From Myxococcales bacterium (lineage in GTDB: Bacteria; Myxococcota; Myxococcia; Myxococcales; 40CM-4-68-19): a stretch of DNA of 64,000 nucleotides. The notes beneath the pieces are model-generated. The model was not told where the DNA came from and searched no databases. It saw nothing but the letters and a program-made list of their open reading frames with translations. Below are positions 8,961-18,343 of the stretch, in pieces; the stretch's first letter is position 1, and each line of letters opens with the position of its first letter. The stretch covers positions 37,773-101,772 of the forward strand of contig DATBZA010000107.1 of the NCBI GenBank assembly GCA_036513415.1. Reading direction: 5' to 3'. The position numbers and the translations under genes are program-made.

Positions 8961-9494
8961 ATGAAATCGATCTGGATCTTCGCTGCCGCTGTATTGGCCG
9001 CCGCTGCCTGCTCGCATGCGCAGCCGCCTCCTTCCGCCTCAACGCAGCCGGCTGTGGAAGCAGCTCCGCCCCCCGCGCCGCCCGTTCCTGCCGTGGCAGA
9101 GGAACCGGCGCCGGCTCCGCGAACCGTGGAGGTGGAGATCGTCGCAACCAGCGTCTACTTCGACTTCGACAGCTCCGAGCTGAGCCCGGAAACGCGAACC
9201 ACGCTGCAGACGTTCTTCGAGCTGGCGCGGCAGCGCCCGGACAAGGACCTTCGCATCGAGGGGAATTGCGACGAACGTGGCACGCGGGAGTACAACCTGG
9301 CGCTCGGGCAGAGGCGCGCCGATGCCGCGAAAAGCTACCTCGTGAACCTCGGCCTGGATGCATCGCGCATCACGGCGATCAGCTTCGGCAAGGAGCGGCC
9401 GCGCGCGCTCGGAGACGACGAGGCGGCCTGGAGGCAGAACCGTCGCGATGATCTGATGGCGGCAACGGAGGCCGTGAGCCAGGCGTCCCGCTGA
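8961..9494 (+). CDS. pal: peptidoglycan-associated lipoprotein (OmpA-C family)
   Basis: Lipobox LAAAAC. Pro/Ala linker. Pal signature VYFDFDSSEL...IEGNCDERGTREYNLALGQRRADAAKSYL...ISFGKERP. SD AAGGAG before ATG 8961. Confidence 0.8.
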   Translation: MKSIWIFAAAVLAAAACSHAQPPPSASTQPAVEAAPPPAPPVPAVAEEPAPAPRTVEVEIVATSVYFDFDSSELSPETRTTLQTFFELARQRPDKDLRIEGNCDERGTREYNLALGQRRADAAKSYLVNLGLDASRITAISFGKERPRALGDDEAAWRQNRRDDLMAATEAVSQASR

Positions 9495-9627
9495 GTCACG
9501 CTTGCCGCCCCTGTTTCAGTGGTCGTGCCGGGGCGACGTTGCACAGAGATCCGACACCCCATGTCGATGAATCGATCAAAGAAGGCGCTCTCTTCGAATT
9601 CTGAAGGCTTTGTGACCGCCGGGTCGT

Positions 9628-9643
9628 TGGTCCGGATCCTGCT
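9628..9643 (+). promoter_or_regulatory. candidate sigma-54-type element TGGTCC-N5-CTGCT abutting start codon
   Basis: Shares TGGTCCGGAT with the element at 3374. The C of GC is 18 nt from ATG 9660, with no SD. Confidence 0.3.
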
Positions 9644-9659
9644 TCCCTGCTGCCCTGAA

Positions 9660-10262
9660 ATGATGATCTCGCCCAAGCAGCTCGACGACTCCGTTGCGTC
9701 CGACCAGTCGCTGGCTGATCGCGCCCGGAGAGGGAGCGGGGCGGCGTTCGCCGCGCTCGCAACGCGGCACCGCGAGGCGGTGTACGCGATCACGAGGAAC
9801 ATGTGCGCGACCTCGGGCGACGCTGAAGAGGCGCTCAAGCAGGCTTTCCTTTCCGCCTGGCGCGAGCTCGCGTCCTTTCCAGCGGGTGCGAAGTTCACGA
9901 CGTGGCTGTATCGGATCGCCATGAAGACCGCATTGGCGGAGCGGCAGCGCGATCCCCGCAGGGCTTCCGGCTCGCTGGAGCCATTCCTGCCTGGTTTCGA
10001 CCGCGCAGGCCGTCTCGTCTCCAGCAACGGTCGCCGGCCCGAGCTTGACGGCAGCTCTTCGGAGCCGATTCAAATCACGGGACTGCTCCGCGAGGCGCTC
10101 GAATGCATCGACGAACAGACTCGCGGTGCATTCGTCCTGCGCGACCTTCTCCTGCTGCCGGTCGACGAGGTGGCCGCCATCCTTCAAACCTCGCCGCAGG
10201 CGGTCCGTCGAGACGCGCATCGGGCTCGCCTGATGCTCTGTGGATTCCTCAATCAGCTTTGA
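9660..10262 (+). CDS. ECF-type RNA polymerase sigma factor
   Basis: Region 2 (AFLSAWRELASFPAGAKFTTWLYRIAMKTAL) and region 4 HTH (LPVDEVAAILQTSPQAVRRDAHRAR). No adjacent anti-sigma gene is recognisable. Confidence 0.8.
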   Translation: MMISPKQLDDSVASDQSLADRARRGSGAAFAALATRHREAVYAITRNMCATSGDAEEALKQAFLSAWRELASFPAGAKFTTWLYRIAMKTALAERQRDPRRASGSLEPFLPGFDRAGRLVSSNGRRPELDGSSSEPIQITGLLREALECIDEQTRGAFVLRDLLLLPVDEVAAILQTSPQAVRRDAHRARLMLCGFLNQL

Positions 10263-10328
10263 CGCCGGGGTCGACGCGGCGGAGATGCGTTCCCGGTTCC
10301 TGACGTTCCGCGGTTCCTGCGAGCGGCC

Positions 10329-11699
10329 TCACTCTGGGATGATCGGGCCGTACTTCTTCAACCGCTCGATGAGCGATCCGCGGCTCAGGCCCAGGCGTCG
10401 CGCGGCCTCCGACTGGTTTCCGCCGACCGCGGTCATCGTCCGGCCGATCAGGCTGCGCTCCACCGCCTCGACGTGGTCGCGGAGACTGAGCTTCCGGTCG
10501 AGCTGTCCCCCCATACCCTCTCCGCCCGTCTGAACGGTGTCCCGGGGGAGCCAGCTCTCGTCCGCCGAGAGCACCTCGGTGTCGGAGACAATCACCCACC
10601 GTTCGATCACGTTCTGTAGCTCTCGAATGTTGCCCGGCCAGGAGTACGTCCGCAGCATCTCCAGGGTCTTCTCATCCACAGCGCGCACCTTCTTCTCCGC
10701 TCGACCCGCATGGAGGCGAATGAAGTGCTCGACCAGCAGGGGGATGTCCTCTCGTCGCTCCCGCAGGGGCGGGACCTCGATGGGAAACACGTTGAGCCGG
10801 TAGAACAGGTCGCTGCGAAAGGTGCCGGCGGCAATCGCAGCCTGCAAGTCACGATTGGTGGCCGCGATCACCCGCACGTCGACCCGGATCGGTTGATTCC
10901 CGCCCACCCGCTCGAATTCGCGCTCTTGCAGGACCCGCAAGAGAGCAATCTGGGTCTCCGCGGGAAGGTCGCCGACCTCGTCCAGGAAGATCGTTCCTCC
11001 TTCCGCCAGCTCGAAACGGCCCCGGCGCTGCTGCAGCGCTCCCGTGAACGCTCCCTTCTCGTGACCGAACAACTCGGAGGCGATCAGCGAGGGCTGGATG
11101 GCGGCACAATTCACGCTGACGAGTGGTCGCGAGGACCGCTGCGACCGGCTGTGGATTGCATGCGCTACCAGCTCCTTCCCCGTCCCCGTCTCTCCCAGGA
11201 TCAGCACCGTCGATTCCGTCGGCGCGACGCTCGCCACCCGATTCAGAACCGTCTTCAACGAGGCGCTGGTGCCCACGACGCTCTCTGGAGCGTGCTTCGC
11301 AGCTTTCTTCCCCCTGTTCGGGACCTGGTAGCGGACGATCGCTTGCCGGATGGCCGCCAGCAGGGCCTCATCGTCGAAAGGCTTGGTGAAGAACTCGAAG
11401 GCTCCGGACTTCATGGCTCGCACGGACATGGGGATGTCCCCGTGACCGGTGAGAAAGATGATGGGAATCTGGAGATCGGCCTTGGCGAGCTCCTGTTGCA
11501 GATCCAGCCCGCTCAGCCCCGGCAGTCTCACATCCAGCACCAGACAGCTCGGCACCTCGTTCCGCGGCCTGACCAGGAAGTCTTGCGCCGACTTGAACGT
11601 CTCCACTCTTAGCCCCGCCGACCGGATCAGACTTGCCACGGACTCGCGCACCGCCACATCGTCATCCACGACGTAGACGGGAGGATATGTCTCGCTCAT
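10329..11699 (-). CDS. sigma-54-dependent response regulator (FixJ-type REC + AAA+ + Fis HTH)
   Basis: REC (VYVVDDD...[13 protein letters not shown]...KPF). Walker A GETGTGKE. GAFTGA loop. ESELFGHEKGAF. R-finger region. C-terminal HTH NQSEAARRLGLSRGSL. SD GAGGAAAGGTGG before ATG 11699. A GTG at 11771 would overlap the upstream stop (GTGA). Confidence 0.9.
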   Translation of the reverse strand: MSETYPPVYVVDDDVAVRESVASLIRSAGLRVETFKSAQDFLVRPRNEVPSCLVLDVRLPGLSGLDLQQELAKADLQIPIIFLTGHGDIPMSVRAMKSGAFEFFTKPFDDEALLAAIRQAIVRYQVPNRGKKAAKHAPESVVGTSASLKTVLNRVASVAPTESTVLILGETGTGKELVAHAIHSRSQRSSRPLVSVNCAAIQPSLIASELFGHEKGAFTGALQQRRGRFELAEGGTIFLDEVGDLPAETQIALLRVLQEREFERVGGNQPIRVDVRVIAATNRDLQAAIAAGTFRSDLFYRLNVFPIEVPPLRERREDIPLLVEHFIRLHAGRAEKKVRAVDEKTLEMLRTYSWPGNIRELQNVIERWVIVSDTEVLSADESWLPRDTVQTGGEGMGGQLDRKLSLRDHVEAVERSLIGRTMTAVGGNQSEAARRLGLSRGSLIERLKKYGPIIPE

Positions 11700-11767
11700 G
11701 GGCCACCTTTCCTCGACCGGAGCGCGGCGATCACCGAGCTCTACCCACTCTCCGATCATCCATCGCA

Positions 11768-12145
11768 TCACATCATTTTCGGACTCAGGGCTGCCTGGAC
11801 CGCACTCAGCAGCGCTTCCTCGCTGAATGGTTTGAGCAAGAAATCCACCGCGCCCCCTCTCAGAGCTCGCGACCGCAGCTGTTCATCTCCATGTGCGGTG
11901 ATGAAGATGACCGGCATCTGCGGATGGCTGGCCACGAGACGGCTCTGCAACTCGAACCCGCTCATTCCGGGCATGCGCACGTCGAGGATCAAGCAGTCTG
12001 TCTCGCGCAGACGATCCGAGCTCAGGAACTCCTCGGCCGAGGCAAACACCACCACTCCGAAGCTGACGGACCTGAGCAAGCCCCCGACGGAGTCGCGCAC
12101 GGAGTTGTCGTCATCGACGATCGAAATGAGAGGAGTGTTCGCCAT
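11768..12145 (-). CDS. single-domain response regulator (FixJ-type REC only)
   Basis: ISIVDDDNSVRDS...LILDVRMPGMSGFEL...KPF. Paralogous to the REC domains of the two neighbouring regulators. Start is ATG 12145 or GTG 12160. Confidence 0.8.
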   Translation of the reverse strand: MANTPLISIVDDDNSVRDSVGGLLRSVSFGVVVFASAEEFLSSDRLRETDCLILDVRMPGMSGFELQSRLVASHPQMPVIFITAHGDEQLRSRALRGGAVDFLLKPFSEEALLSAVQAALSPKMM

Positions 12146-12196
12146 CTGGGACCGATTCACTCCCTTATGATCGGCGTTCCGATGAGGAGATCAATT

Positions 12197-12245
12197 ACAC
12201 CAAGGTATAGGCCGCTCCTATATACCAAGGTATAGGCAGCTCCTA
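12197..12245. repeat. tandem direct repeat (2 x ~24 nt, 25-bp period) with internal inverted repeat; probable operator/activator site
   Basis: The two units are ACACCAAGGTATAGGCCGCTCCTA and ATACCAAGGTATAGGCAGCTCCTA. Unit 2 contains the perfect IR TATACC-AA-GGTATA. It lies in a locally AT-rich spacer between the stop of the FixJ-like gene and the start of the REC-EBP genes. Confidence 0.85.
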
Positions 12246-12872
12246 GCCCTTCTTGTCGCGCCGTATCCCCAACTTCTCGGCCATCCTGACCAGATCCGCC
12301 AGGGAGCCTGCGCGCATCTTCTGCATCACCTGTCCCCGATGGACTTTGACGGTGACGATGCTGGTACCCAGCTCGGCGGCGACCTGCTTGTTGAGCAGCC
12401 CCGAGACTACCCGTTCCATCACTTCCCGCTCACGCGGCGTCAGCGATCCATACCGGCCTTTCAACTCGCCCATCTCCGCTTGCCGCTGGCGTGTGTCCCG
12501 ATCGCGCTCGATCGCCCGTGCGATGGCATCCAGAAGCTCCCCGTCGGCGACCGGCTTGGTCAAGAACTCCAGGGCCCCTGCTTTCATCGCTCGCACCGAC
12601 GTGGGAACATCGCCATGCCCCGTGATGAACACGACTGGAATCTCCAGGTTGAGCTCGCGCATCCGGGATTGGAGATCCAGCCCACTCAGGCCCGGCATCC
12701 GGACATCGAGCACCAGGCAGCTGGGAACATCGGCGGGCGCGCGGGCCAGGAACTCTTGCGCCGTAGCAAAGGTCTCGGCGTTCAGGCCCGCCGACCGGAT
12801 CAGGCCTGCGAGTGCCTCTCGAATCGACGCATCGTCGTCCACCACGAACACGGTTGCGTCCGGCTTCGGCAT
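12243..12872 (-). CDS. FixJ/LuxR family response regulator (REC + LuxR HTH)
   Basis: [15 protein letters not shown]...[13 protein letters not shown]...KPV. Followed by [36 protein letters not shown]. Start at ATG 12872. Confidence 0.9.
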   Translation of the reverse strand: MPKPDATVFVVDDDASIREALAGLIRSAGLNAETFATAQEFLARAPADVPSCLVLDVRMPGLSGLDLQSRMRELNLEIPVVFITGHGDVPTSVRAMKAGALEFLTKPVADGELLDAIARAIERDRDTRQRQAEMGELKGRYGSLTPREREVMERVVSGLLNKQVAAELGTSIVTVKVHRGQVMQKMRAGSLADLVRMAEKLGIRRDKKG

Positions 12873-13065
12873 GGCAGTCCCTGCTAGCAGTTGAAGCGAA
12901 CAAGCATCCCAGGGTCGAGGCCTGCCCTCCTGGGCGTGCAATATCCAAATGTACTCGAACACCGTTGCGTTCGCAGCTGCGCCAGCGCACGATTTTTGCA
13001 AGCTGCTCGGAAGCCGTGTTCACCTTTGTGACAGTTATCGTCGGGTGATCAGATTGGAGCCCCAC

Positions 13066-13485
13066 ATGACCCCCCAGCTCGAACCGACTTTCCGGGAACC
13101 GTCGTCCTCCTCGTTCGCCGCGATTCTCGCACTCGCCCTCGCGGGCGCCTCCTCGCACCGCGAGGCCCCGCCCGGGGGCTCCGGGTTCCAGTCGATGATG
13201 GCCGGCGCGACTGCCCGCATGCATGCGGCCATGAACCTTCCGTTCACGGGCAATCCCGACCGCGACTTCGCGCGCATGATGGTCCCGCACCACCAAGGTG
13301 CCATCGACATGGCAATCGCCGAGCTGCGCTACGGAAGGGACCAGCGCCTGAAGCGCCTTGCCCAGGAGATCATCGTCGATCAGCAACAGGAGATCGCGGT
13401 GATGCATCTGGCGCTCGGCGATCCTCTCCCGCCCGGCAGTCCGGCGCCGACGCAGACGACGCCCGATCACGCCGAGGAGGAGTGA
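13066..13485 (+). CDS. DUF305 family protein (secreted, metal-related four-helix protein)
   Basis: DRDFARMMVPHHQGAIDMA and EIIVDQQQEIAVM motifs typical of DUF305. N-terminal hydrophobic segment. Confidence 0.75.
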   Translation: MTPQLEPTFREPSSSSFAAILALALAGASSHREAPPGGSGFQSMMAGATARMHAAMNLPFTGNPDRDFARMMVPHHQGAIDMAIAELRYGRDQRLKRLAQEIIVDQQQEIAVMHLALGDPLPPGSPAPTQTTPDHAEEE

Positions 13486-13486
13486 C

Positions 13487-14938
13487 GTGGCCCGGCTCCT
13501 CTCGACTCTCTTCGCGCTCGCGCTCGCGCTCGCGCTGGTCGCCGGTGCGTCGCTCGCCGGCCAGGTGCCACACGCGGCGACGGCGCCCGAAATCCCCGTG
13601 AACGCTCGCGACCGCGTGTACGCCGGCGAGCAGTTTTCGAACACGGTTTCCGTGATCGACCCGGCCGCCAACAGGCTGTTGGGCGTGATCCGGCTCGGCG
13701 ATCCGCAGCCGGCGAACCTGTCGCCCCTCTACCGCGGCCAACTCCTCGTCCACGGCCTCGGTTTCTCGCCCGACCACCGGACTCTGGTGGTGGTCTCGAT
13801 CGGTTCCAACTCGGTCAGTTTCATCGATACCGCGACCAATGCCGTGAAACACGTCACGTACGTCGGGCGCTCGCCTCACGAGCCGTTTTTCACGCCGGAC
13901 GGCAAGGAGGTGTGGGTCACGGTGCGGGGGGAGGATTACGTCGCGGTCCTCGACGCGAAGACGTTCCTCGAAAAGCGACGGATCAAGCTGTCGAACGGGC
14001 CCGGCATGACGATCTTCTCGCCGGACGGCAAGTACGGCTACGTGTGCTCGAGCTTCACGCCGGAGACCGCTGTCGTGTCCGTCGCCGATCACAAGGTGGT
14101 CGGCAAGGTGAAGCAGGAGTCGCCGTTCTGTCCGAACATCGCCGCGACGCCGGAGGGAGATCAGGTCTGGCTGACCCTGAAGGACGTCGGAAAGACGATG
14201 GCGTTCTCCGCCAGGCCGCCATTCAACGTCCTCAAGGTGCTCGACACCGGTCCGATTACGAACCACGTCAACATCGTCCGGAACGCGCATGGCCGCTTCG
14301 CCTACGTCACCGTCGGCGGGCTGAACGCGGTCCTCGCGTTCCGCACCGACACCTTCGAGCAGGTGGCGAGAATACCGGTCGGTGAGCTGCCGCACGGGAT
14401 CTGGCCCTCCGGTGACGGAACGCGCATCTACGTGGGCATCGAGAACGGCGACACCGTGACGGCGATCGATACTCTCGAGAACAAGGTCGTCGCCACTATT
14501 CCGATCGGCCAGGCGGCGCAGGCGGTCGTCTACGTCCCCAATGCGGTCCCGGCGGGGCAGGGGAGCGAGCATCTCGAACCGCTGGGCATCGCCGGCAACG
14601 TGGTGCAACTCATGCTGGGACCACCGGGCGGGCCGCCCGCGACCCGCGTTTCCCTGTTCGACCAAGGCTTGACCCAGGTCTTGCAAGCCGCAGTCACGGG
14701 TCTCGAGCCCAAGAAGCCCTACGTGCTCGCGCTCTCGCCGAAGGCCGATGCCGACACTCCTTCTCTGGAGCCTCTCGCCGGCTTCGTGACCAACCCGGCG
14801 GGCGCCGCCATCGTCAACGCCGTCGGCCCGATCCGCCAGGTCGTCCAGGGGACGGGCGGTTCGCCAAGGCGCTATCTGGTGATCCTCAGCGGTACGCCTG
14901 CCGTCATCGGCGCGCCCGCGCAGGTGCAACTCCCGTAG
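13487..14938 (+). CDS. YncE/YVTN-type beta-propeller repeat protein, secreted
   Basis: GTG start 1 nt after the DUF305 stop, with GAGGAGGAG as SD. Signal peptide LFALALALALVAGASLAG. Repeated (V/I)D..T.KV...I.VG..PHG blades. Confidence 0.75.
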   Translation: MARLLSTLFALALALALVAGASLAGQVPHAATAPEIPVNARDRVYAGEQFSNTVSVIDPAANRLLGVIRLGDPQPANLSPLYRGQLLVHGLGFSPDHRTLVVVSIGSNSVSFIDTATNAVKHVTYVGRSPHEPFFTPDGKEVWVTVRGEDYVAVLDAKTFLEKRRIKLSNGPGMTIFSPDGKYGYVCSSFTPETAVVSVADHKVVGKVKQESPFCPNIAATPEGDQVWLTLKDVGKTMAFSARPPFNVLKVLDTGPITNHVNIVRNAHGRFAYVTVGGLNAVLAFRTDTFEQVARIPVGELPHGIWPSGDGTRIYVGIENGDTVTAIDTLENKVVATIPIGQAAQAVVYVPNAVPAGQGSEHLEPLGIAGNVVQLMLGPPGGPPATRVSLFDQGLTQVLQAAVTGLEPKKPYVLALSPKADADTPSLEPLAGFVTNPAGAAIVNAVGPIRQVVQGTGGSPRRYLVILSGTPAVIGAPAQVQLP

Positions 14939-14952
14939 GTCGAGCCCGGGAC

Positions 14953-16503
14953 TCAGTGCGCCCCCGCATCCACGGCTGCTCCTCGCTGGGGCCGGCGCAT
15001 CAGAACGATCACCCAGCTAGCGGCGAGAAAGGCGAAGCCCAACAAGAGAAAGGTGTTGTTGAAGGCCCGGAGCAGCGCCTGCGCGCCGATGCGCTGGTTC
15101 AGCACGGCGAGCGCGGCGCCTTGCGGATCGAAGAGCCGGGCGCCCGGACCGTGCTCGAGCAGCGTCCTCTGTTCGGCGACGAGCGTGCTGTACGCGTCCA
15201 CGTGGCTGGTGATGAAGGTGAAGTTCTGCTTCACCTGCCGGGCGAGCGTGGTGCTCATCCATGCCGTTCCGATCGACGCGCCGAGCTCGCGCGTGAGGTT
15301 GAACAGGGCGGTGCCGCCGGGCCGCTGCGCCGCAGGGAGCGACGCAACCCCGAGCACCGTGAGCGGAATGAAGCCAAAGCCGGTGCCGATGGCGCGGACG
15401 AACAGCGGCAGTGCCACCTGCCCGGTGGTCACCTCCGCCGTCAGGTGCGCGTTGAGCCACAGGCTGGCGAGGATGCCCGCGTTGGCGATCACGAGCAGAA
15501 GGCGCGGGTCGACCCTGGTCACGAGCTTGCCCACCACCGGAAAGATCAAGAGCTGGACCCAGGTCCCCATCAGGAATACGCGTCCGATGTCCAGCGCGCG
15601 GTAGTGCAGGATCGTGCCGCAATACAGTGAGAGCAGCACCGAACCCGCGAAGATGGCCGTACCCACGAGGAAGTTGAGGGTGGTGGCCGCCGCATAAGCG
15701 CGATTCCGGAAAACGCGCAGGTCGACGACCGGATGCTCGTGCTCGAGCTCGTGGGAGACGAATCCGATCAAGGCAATCGCGGCAACGACGGCGAGGACGG
15801 TGATGGTCTTGTCCTCGAACCAATCGTTGCGGTTTCCTTCCTCCAGGACGTACTGCATGGAAACCATGCCCAGGGCCAGTAGCGCGATGCCGAAGCGGTC
15901 GACCGGAGAGCGGTCGGAAACGAAGCCCGGCTGCTCGATCTGCGTCCACGCGATCCAGGCGGCGATGAGGCCGAGCGGAACGTTGATGAAGAAGATCCAA
16001 TGCCAGCTCGACCACTCCACCAGGTATCCGCCGATCGTGGGGCCCAGCAGCGGTCCGGTGATGGCGCCCATGGCGAAGAGAGCGCCAGCCATGCCGTGCT
16101 CCTTCTCCGGGTACCGCGAGAAGAGCACGCTCTGTGACGTGGGGATGATGGCTCCGCCGCCCAACCCCTGGAGGATGCGGAAACAGACGAGCGAGGGAAG
16201 ATTCCACGCCAGGCCGCAGAGCGCGCTGGCGGCGGTGAACATCAGGATCGAGACTGTGTAGTAGCGCTTGAAGCCGAAGCGCTTCAGCAGCCATCCCGAC
16301 ATCGGGATGACGGTGATGTTCGCCATTGCATACGCGGTCGACACCCACGCGATTTGATCGAGCGGCGTCCCGAAGTTGGCGCGGATGTCGTTCAAGGCGA
16401 CGTTCACGATGGAGATGTCCAGGAACGCCATCAGACCCGCGAGCATCGCGCCCGTGGTGATGAGCGGCTTGCTCCCGCGAAGGACGGTCGCCTCGGCGCC
16501 CAT
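14953..16503 (-). CDS. MFS drug efflux transporter, DHA2/EmrB family (14-TM type)
   Basis: LDISIVNVALNDI, WVSTAYAMANITVIPMSGWL and LQGLGGGAIIP motifs. Start overlaps the upstream stop (TGATG). Confidence 0.85.
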   Translation of the reverse strand: MGAEATVLRGSKPLITTGAMLAGLMAFLDISIVNVALNDIRANFGTPLDQIAWVSTAYAMANITVIPMSGWLLKRFGFKRYYTVSILMFTAASALCGLAWNLPSLVCFRILQGLGGGAIIPTSQSVLFSRYPEKEHGMAGALFAMGAITGPLLGPTIGGYLVEWSSWHWIFFINVPLGLIAAWIAWTQIEQPGFVSDRSPVDRFGIALLALGMVSMQYVLEEGNRNDWFEDKTITVLAVVAAIALIGFVSHELEHEHPVVDLRVFRNRAYAAATTLNFLVGTAIFAGSVLLSLYCGTILHYRALDIGRVFLMGTWVQLLIFPVVGKLVTRVDPRLLLVIANAGILASLWLNAHLTAEVTTGQVALPLFVRAIGTGFGFIPLTVLGVASLPAAQRPGGTALFNLTRELGASIGTAWMSTTLARQVKQNFTFITSHVDAYSTLVAEQRTLLEHGPGARLFDPQGAALAVLNQRIGAQALLRAFNNTFLLLGFAFLAASWVIVLMRRPQRGAAVDAGAH

Positions 16504-17717
16504 CAGTCCCTCATCCGGACGGTGACGTCCGCGCTCATTCCCGGGCGCAGATCGACCCCGGGAGGGCCATCCAGGCGGATGAGCACCGGGATGCGCTGCA
16601 CGACTTTCACGAAATTCCCCGTCGCATTGTCGGGCGGCAGCAGGGCGAAGCGCGCGCCGGTCCCGCCTGCGACGCTCTCGACGTGGCCGCTAAATGTGCG
16701 CCTGCCGTAGGTGTCGAGGCGCACCGTCGCGCTCTGGCCCGCGCGCATCGCGGCGAGTTGGTCCTCCTTGAAGTTGGCCACGACCCAGACGTCGTCGAGC
16801 GGCACGATGGCGAGGAGAGGACGTTCGGGGCTGACGGTCTGGCCGTCCTCGACGCTGCGCCGCGAGACGACGCCTTTGCGGGCCGCGCGCACGGTCGTAT
16901 AGGAGAGATTCAGCTCCGCGAGCTTGAGGGCCGCGTCCGCTTGCAGCGTTCTCGCTTCCGCGAGGGCGAGCGCGGCGCGCGCCGAAGCGACCTGCTCCGC
17001 AGCGGTCTGGGCGGCGCTCAGCCGTCCTCTCGCGAGCACCAGGCCTCCGCCCGATCCGGCATGCCCGGCGTATGCCGCGCTGACCCGGGCACGCTCCTTC
17101 TCGTATCGCGCGCTGGCGGCGTCGAACTCGGTCTGCTTCAGGTCCAGATCTGCCGCCGGCAATACGTTCGCTTCGACGAGCGCACGTGCCCGCTTCAGAT
17201 TGAGCTCCGCCAGCGCTTTGCGCGACTCGGCGGCGGCGAGGTCCGCGTTCGCCTGCCCGATCGCGGCTGCCGCCGAGCTGATAGAAAATACCGCGGCGGT
17301 CAGGGCGCCCTGGGCCTGGACGAGGTTTGCCGGAGCGGCCTTCTGCGTGAGCGCGAGCGTCGAGCGGGCGCCGTCGGCGGCCGCGCGCGCCGCCGCCAGG
17401 TCGGCGCGGGCAGCATCGACCTTCGCCGCGTAGTCGGCGGGGTCCAGCTCCAGCAGGACATCGCCTGCGTCGACCAGTTGGTTGTCCTGGGCGTGCACGC
17501 GAAGCACCTGGCCCGGGACGCGGGCCGACACGCTGATCACGCGGCCCTCCACCTGCGCGTCATCCGTCGATTCGTTCCCAATGTGAAGCAGGTACCAGAC
17601 GCATGAAATCAGGACCGCTGCGGCGCCCAGGCCGGCGATGAGAACCGGAGTCCGTTTCCGCCGCGTCGTTGGAAGCTGCGCCGGCGGAGCCACCGAGACG
17701 GCCGTCGCGCCGCTCAT
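16503..17717 (-). CDS. HlyD/EmrA-family membrane fusion protein
   Basis: Single N-terminal TM. TDDAQVEGRVISVSARVPGQV lipoyl-like motif. Long Ala-rich coiled coil. C-terminal beta-barrel region. ATG 17717 overlaps the TetR stop (ATGA). Confidence 0.85.
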   Translation of the reverse strand: MSGATAVSVAPPAQLPTTRRKRTPVLIAGLGAAAVLISCVWYLLHIGNESTDDAQVEGRVISVSARVPGQVLRVHAQDNQLVDAGDVLLELDPADYAAKVDAARADLAAARAAADGARSTLALTQKAAPANLVQAQGALTAAVFSISSAAAAIGQANADLAAAESRKALAELNLKRARALVEANVLPAADLDLKQTEFDAASARYEKERARVSAAYAGHAGSGGGLVLARGRLSAAQTAAEQVASARAALALAEARTLQADAALKLAELNLSYTTVRAARKGVVSRRSVEDGQTVSPERPLLAIVPLDDVWVVANFKEDQLAAMRAGQSATVRLDTYGRRTFSGHVESVAGGTGARFALLPPDNATGNFVKVVQRIPVLIRLDGPPGVDLRPGMSADVTVRMRD

Positions 17718-18313
17718 GACCGTTCTCGCTTGCCGCCCCTGGCGGCAGCCACGCCCAGCGCGCGGCAAGCGCGAAGCACTTCGTCGGACAGCTCTGTCCC
17801 CTTGACCGCGCGCGAAAGACTGACCCCGCCGTACATCAAGGCGATGAGCCCGATCGCGAGCAAGCGGCGCGGAACGATGCCGCCCGCCGGCAGACGCTGC
17901 GCCAGACCCTCCACGAGACCCTGCACCTGCTCCGCGACGATCGGGCGGTGTTGCGGCGCGGTGGTACCGACCTCGCCGACCACCGCCGGCATCGGGCACC
18001 CGGGCGCGCCGCCGTCGCGGTGGTCGGCCGAAAGGTATCGCTCGAGGATGACTTCGGCGCGGTCCGCTTCCGGCTTCTCGTCGAGGCGCGCGAAGAGACG
18101 GTCGCGTAGCGTGGCGCTTGTGCGGCGGAGGGTTTCGTCGACCAACTCGTCCTTGGAGGAGAAGTGCGCGTAGAACCCGCCGACGGTAAGCGCGGCCCCC
18201 TTCATCACGTCCGCGACCCCCGCGCCCGAGATCCCCTTTTCGCGGACCAGCCTCGCCGCGGATTGGAGGATCGATTCGTGCGAACGTTCCTTCTGCTCGA
18301 CCTTCGCGTTCAT
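17714..18313 (-). CDS. TetR/AcrR family transcriptional repressor
   Basis: N-terminal HTH ILQSAARLVREKGISGAGVADVMKGAALTVGGFYAHFSSKDEL. First gene of the tetR-emrA-emrB-like operon. SD GGAAGGAG. Confidence 0.85.
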   Translation of the reverse strand: MNAKVEQKERSHESILQSAARLVREKGISGAGVADVMKGAALTVGGFYAHFSSKDELVDETLRRTSATLRDRLFARLDEKPEADRAEVILERYLSADHRDGGAPGCPMPAVVGEVGTTAPQHRPIVAEQVQGLVEGLAQRLPAGGIVPRRLLAIGLIALMYGGVSLSRAVKGTELSDEVLRACRALGVAAARGGKRERS

Positions 18314-18343
18314 GTGCGGAGCTCCTTCCAGCGACGACAGAAG

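Noticed and set aside
12985-13000. GCGCAC-N5-TTGCA upstream of the DUF305 gene as a sigma-54 promoter
   Set aside because: It has a perfect -12 element but the invariant GG at -24 is replaced by GC, so I did not call it.
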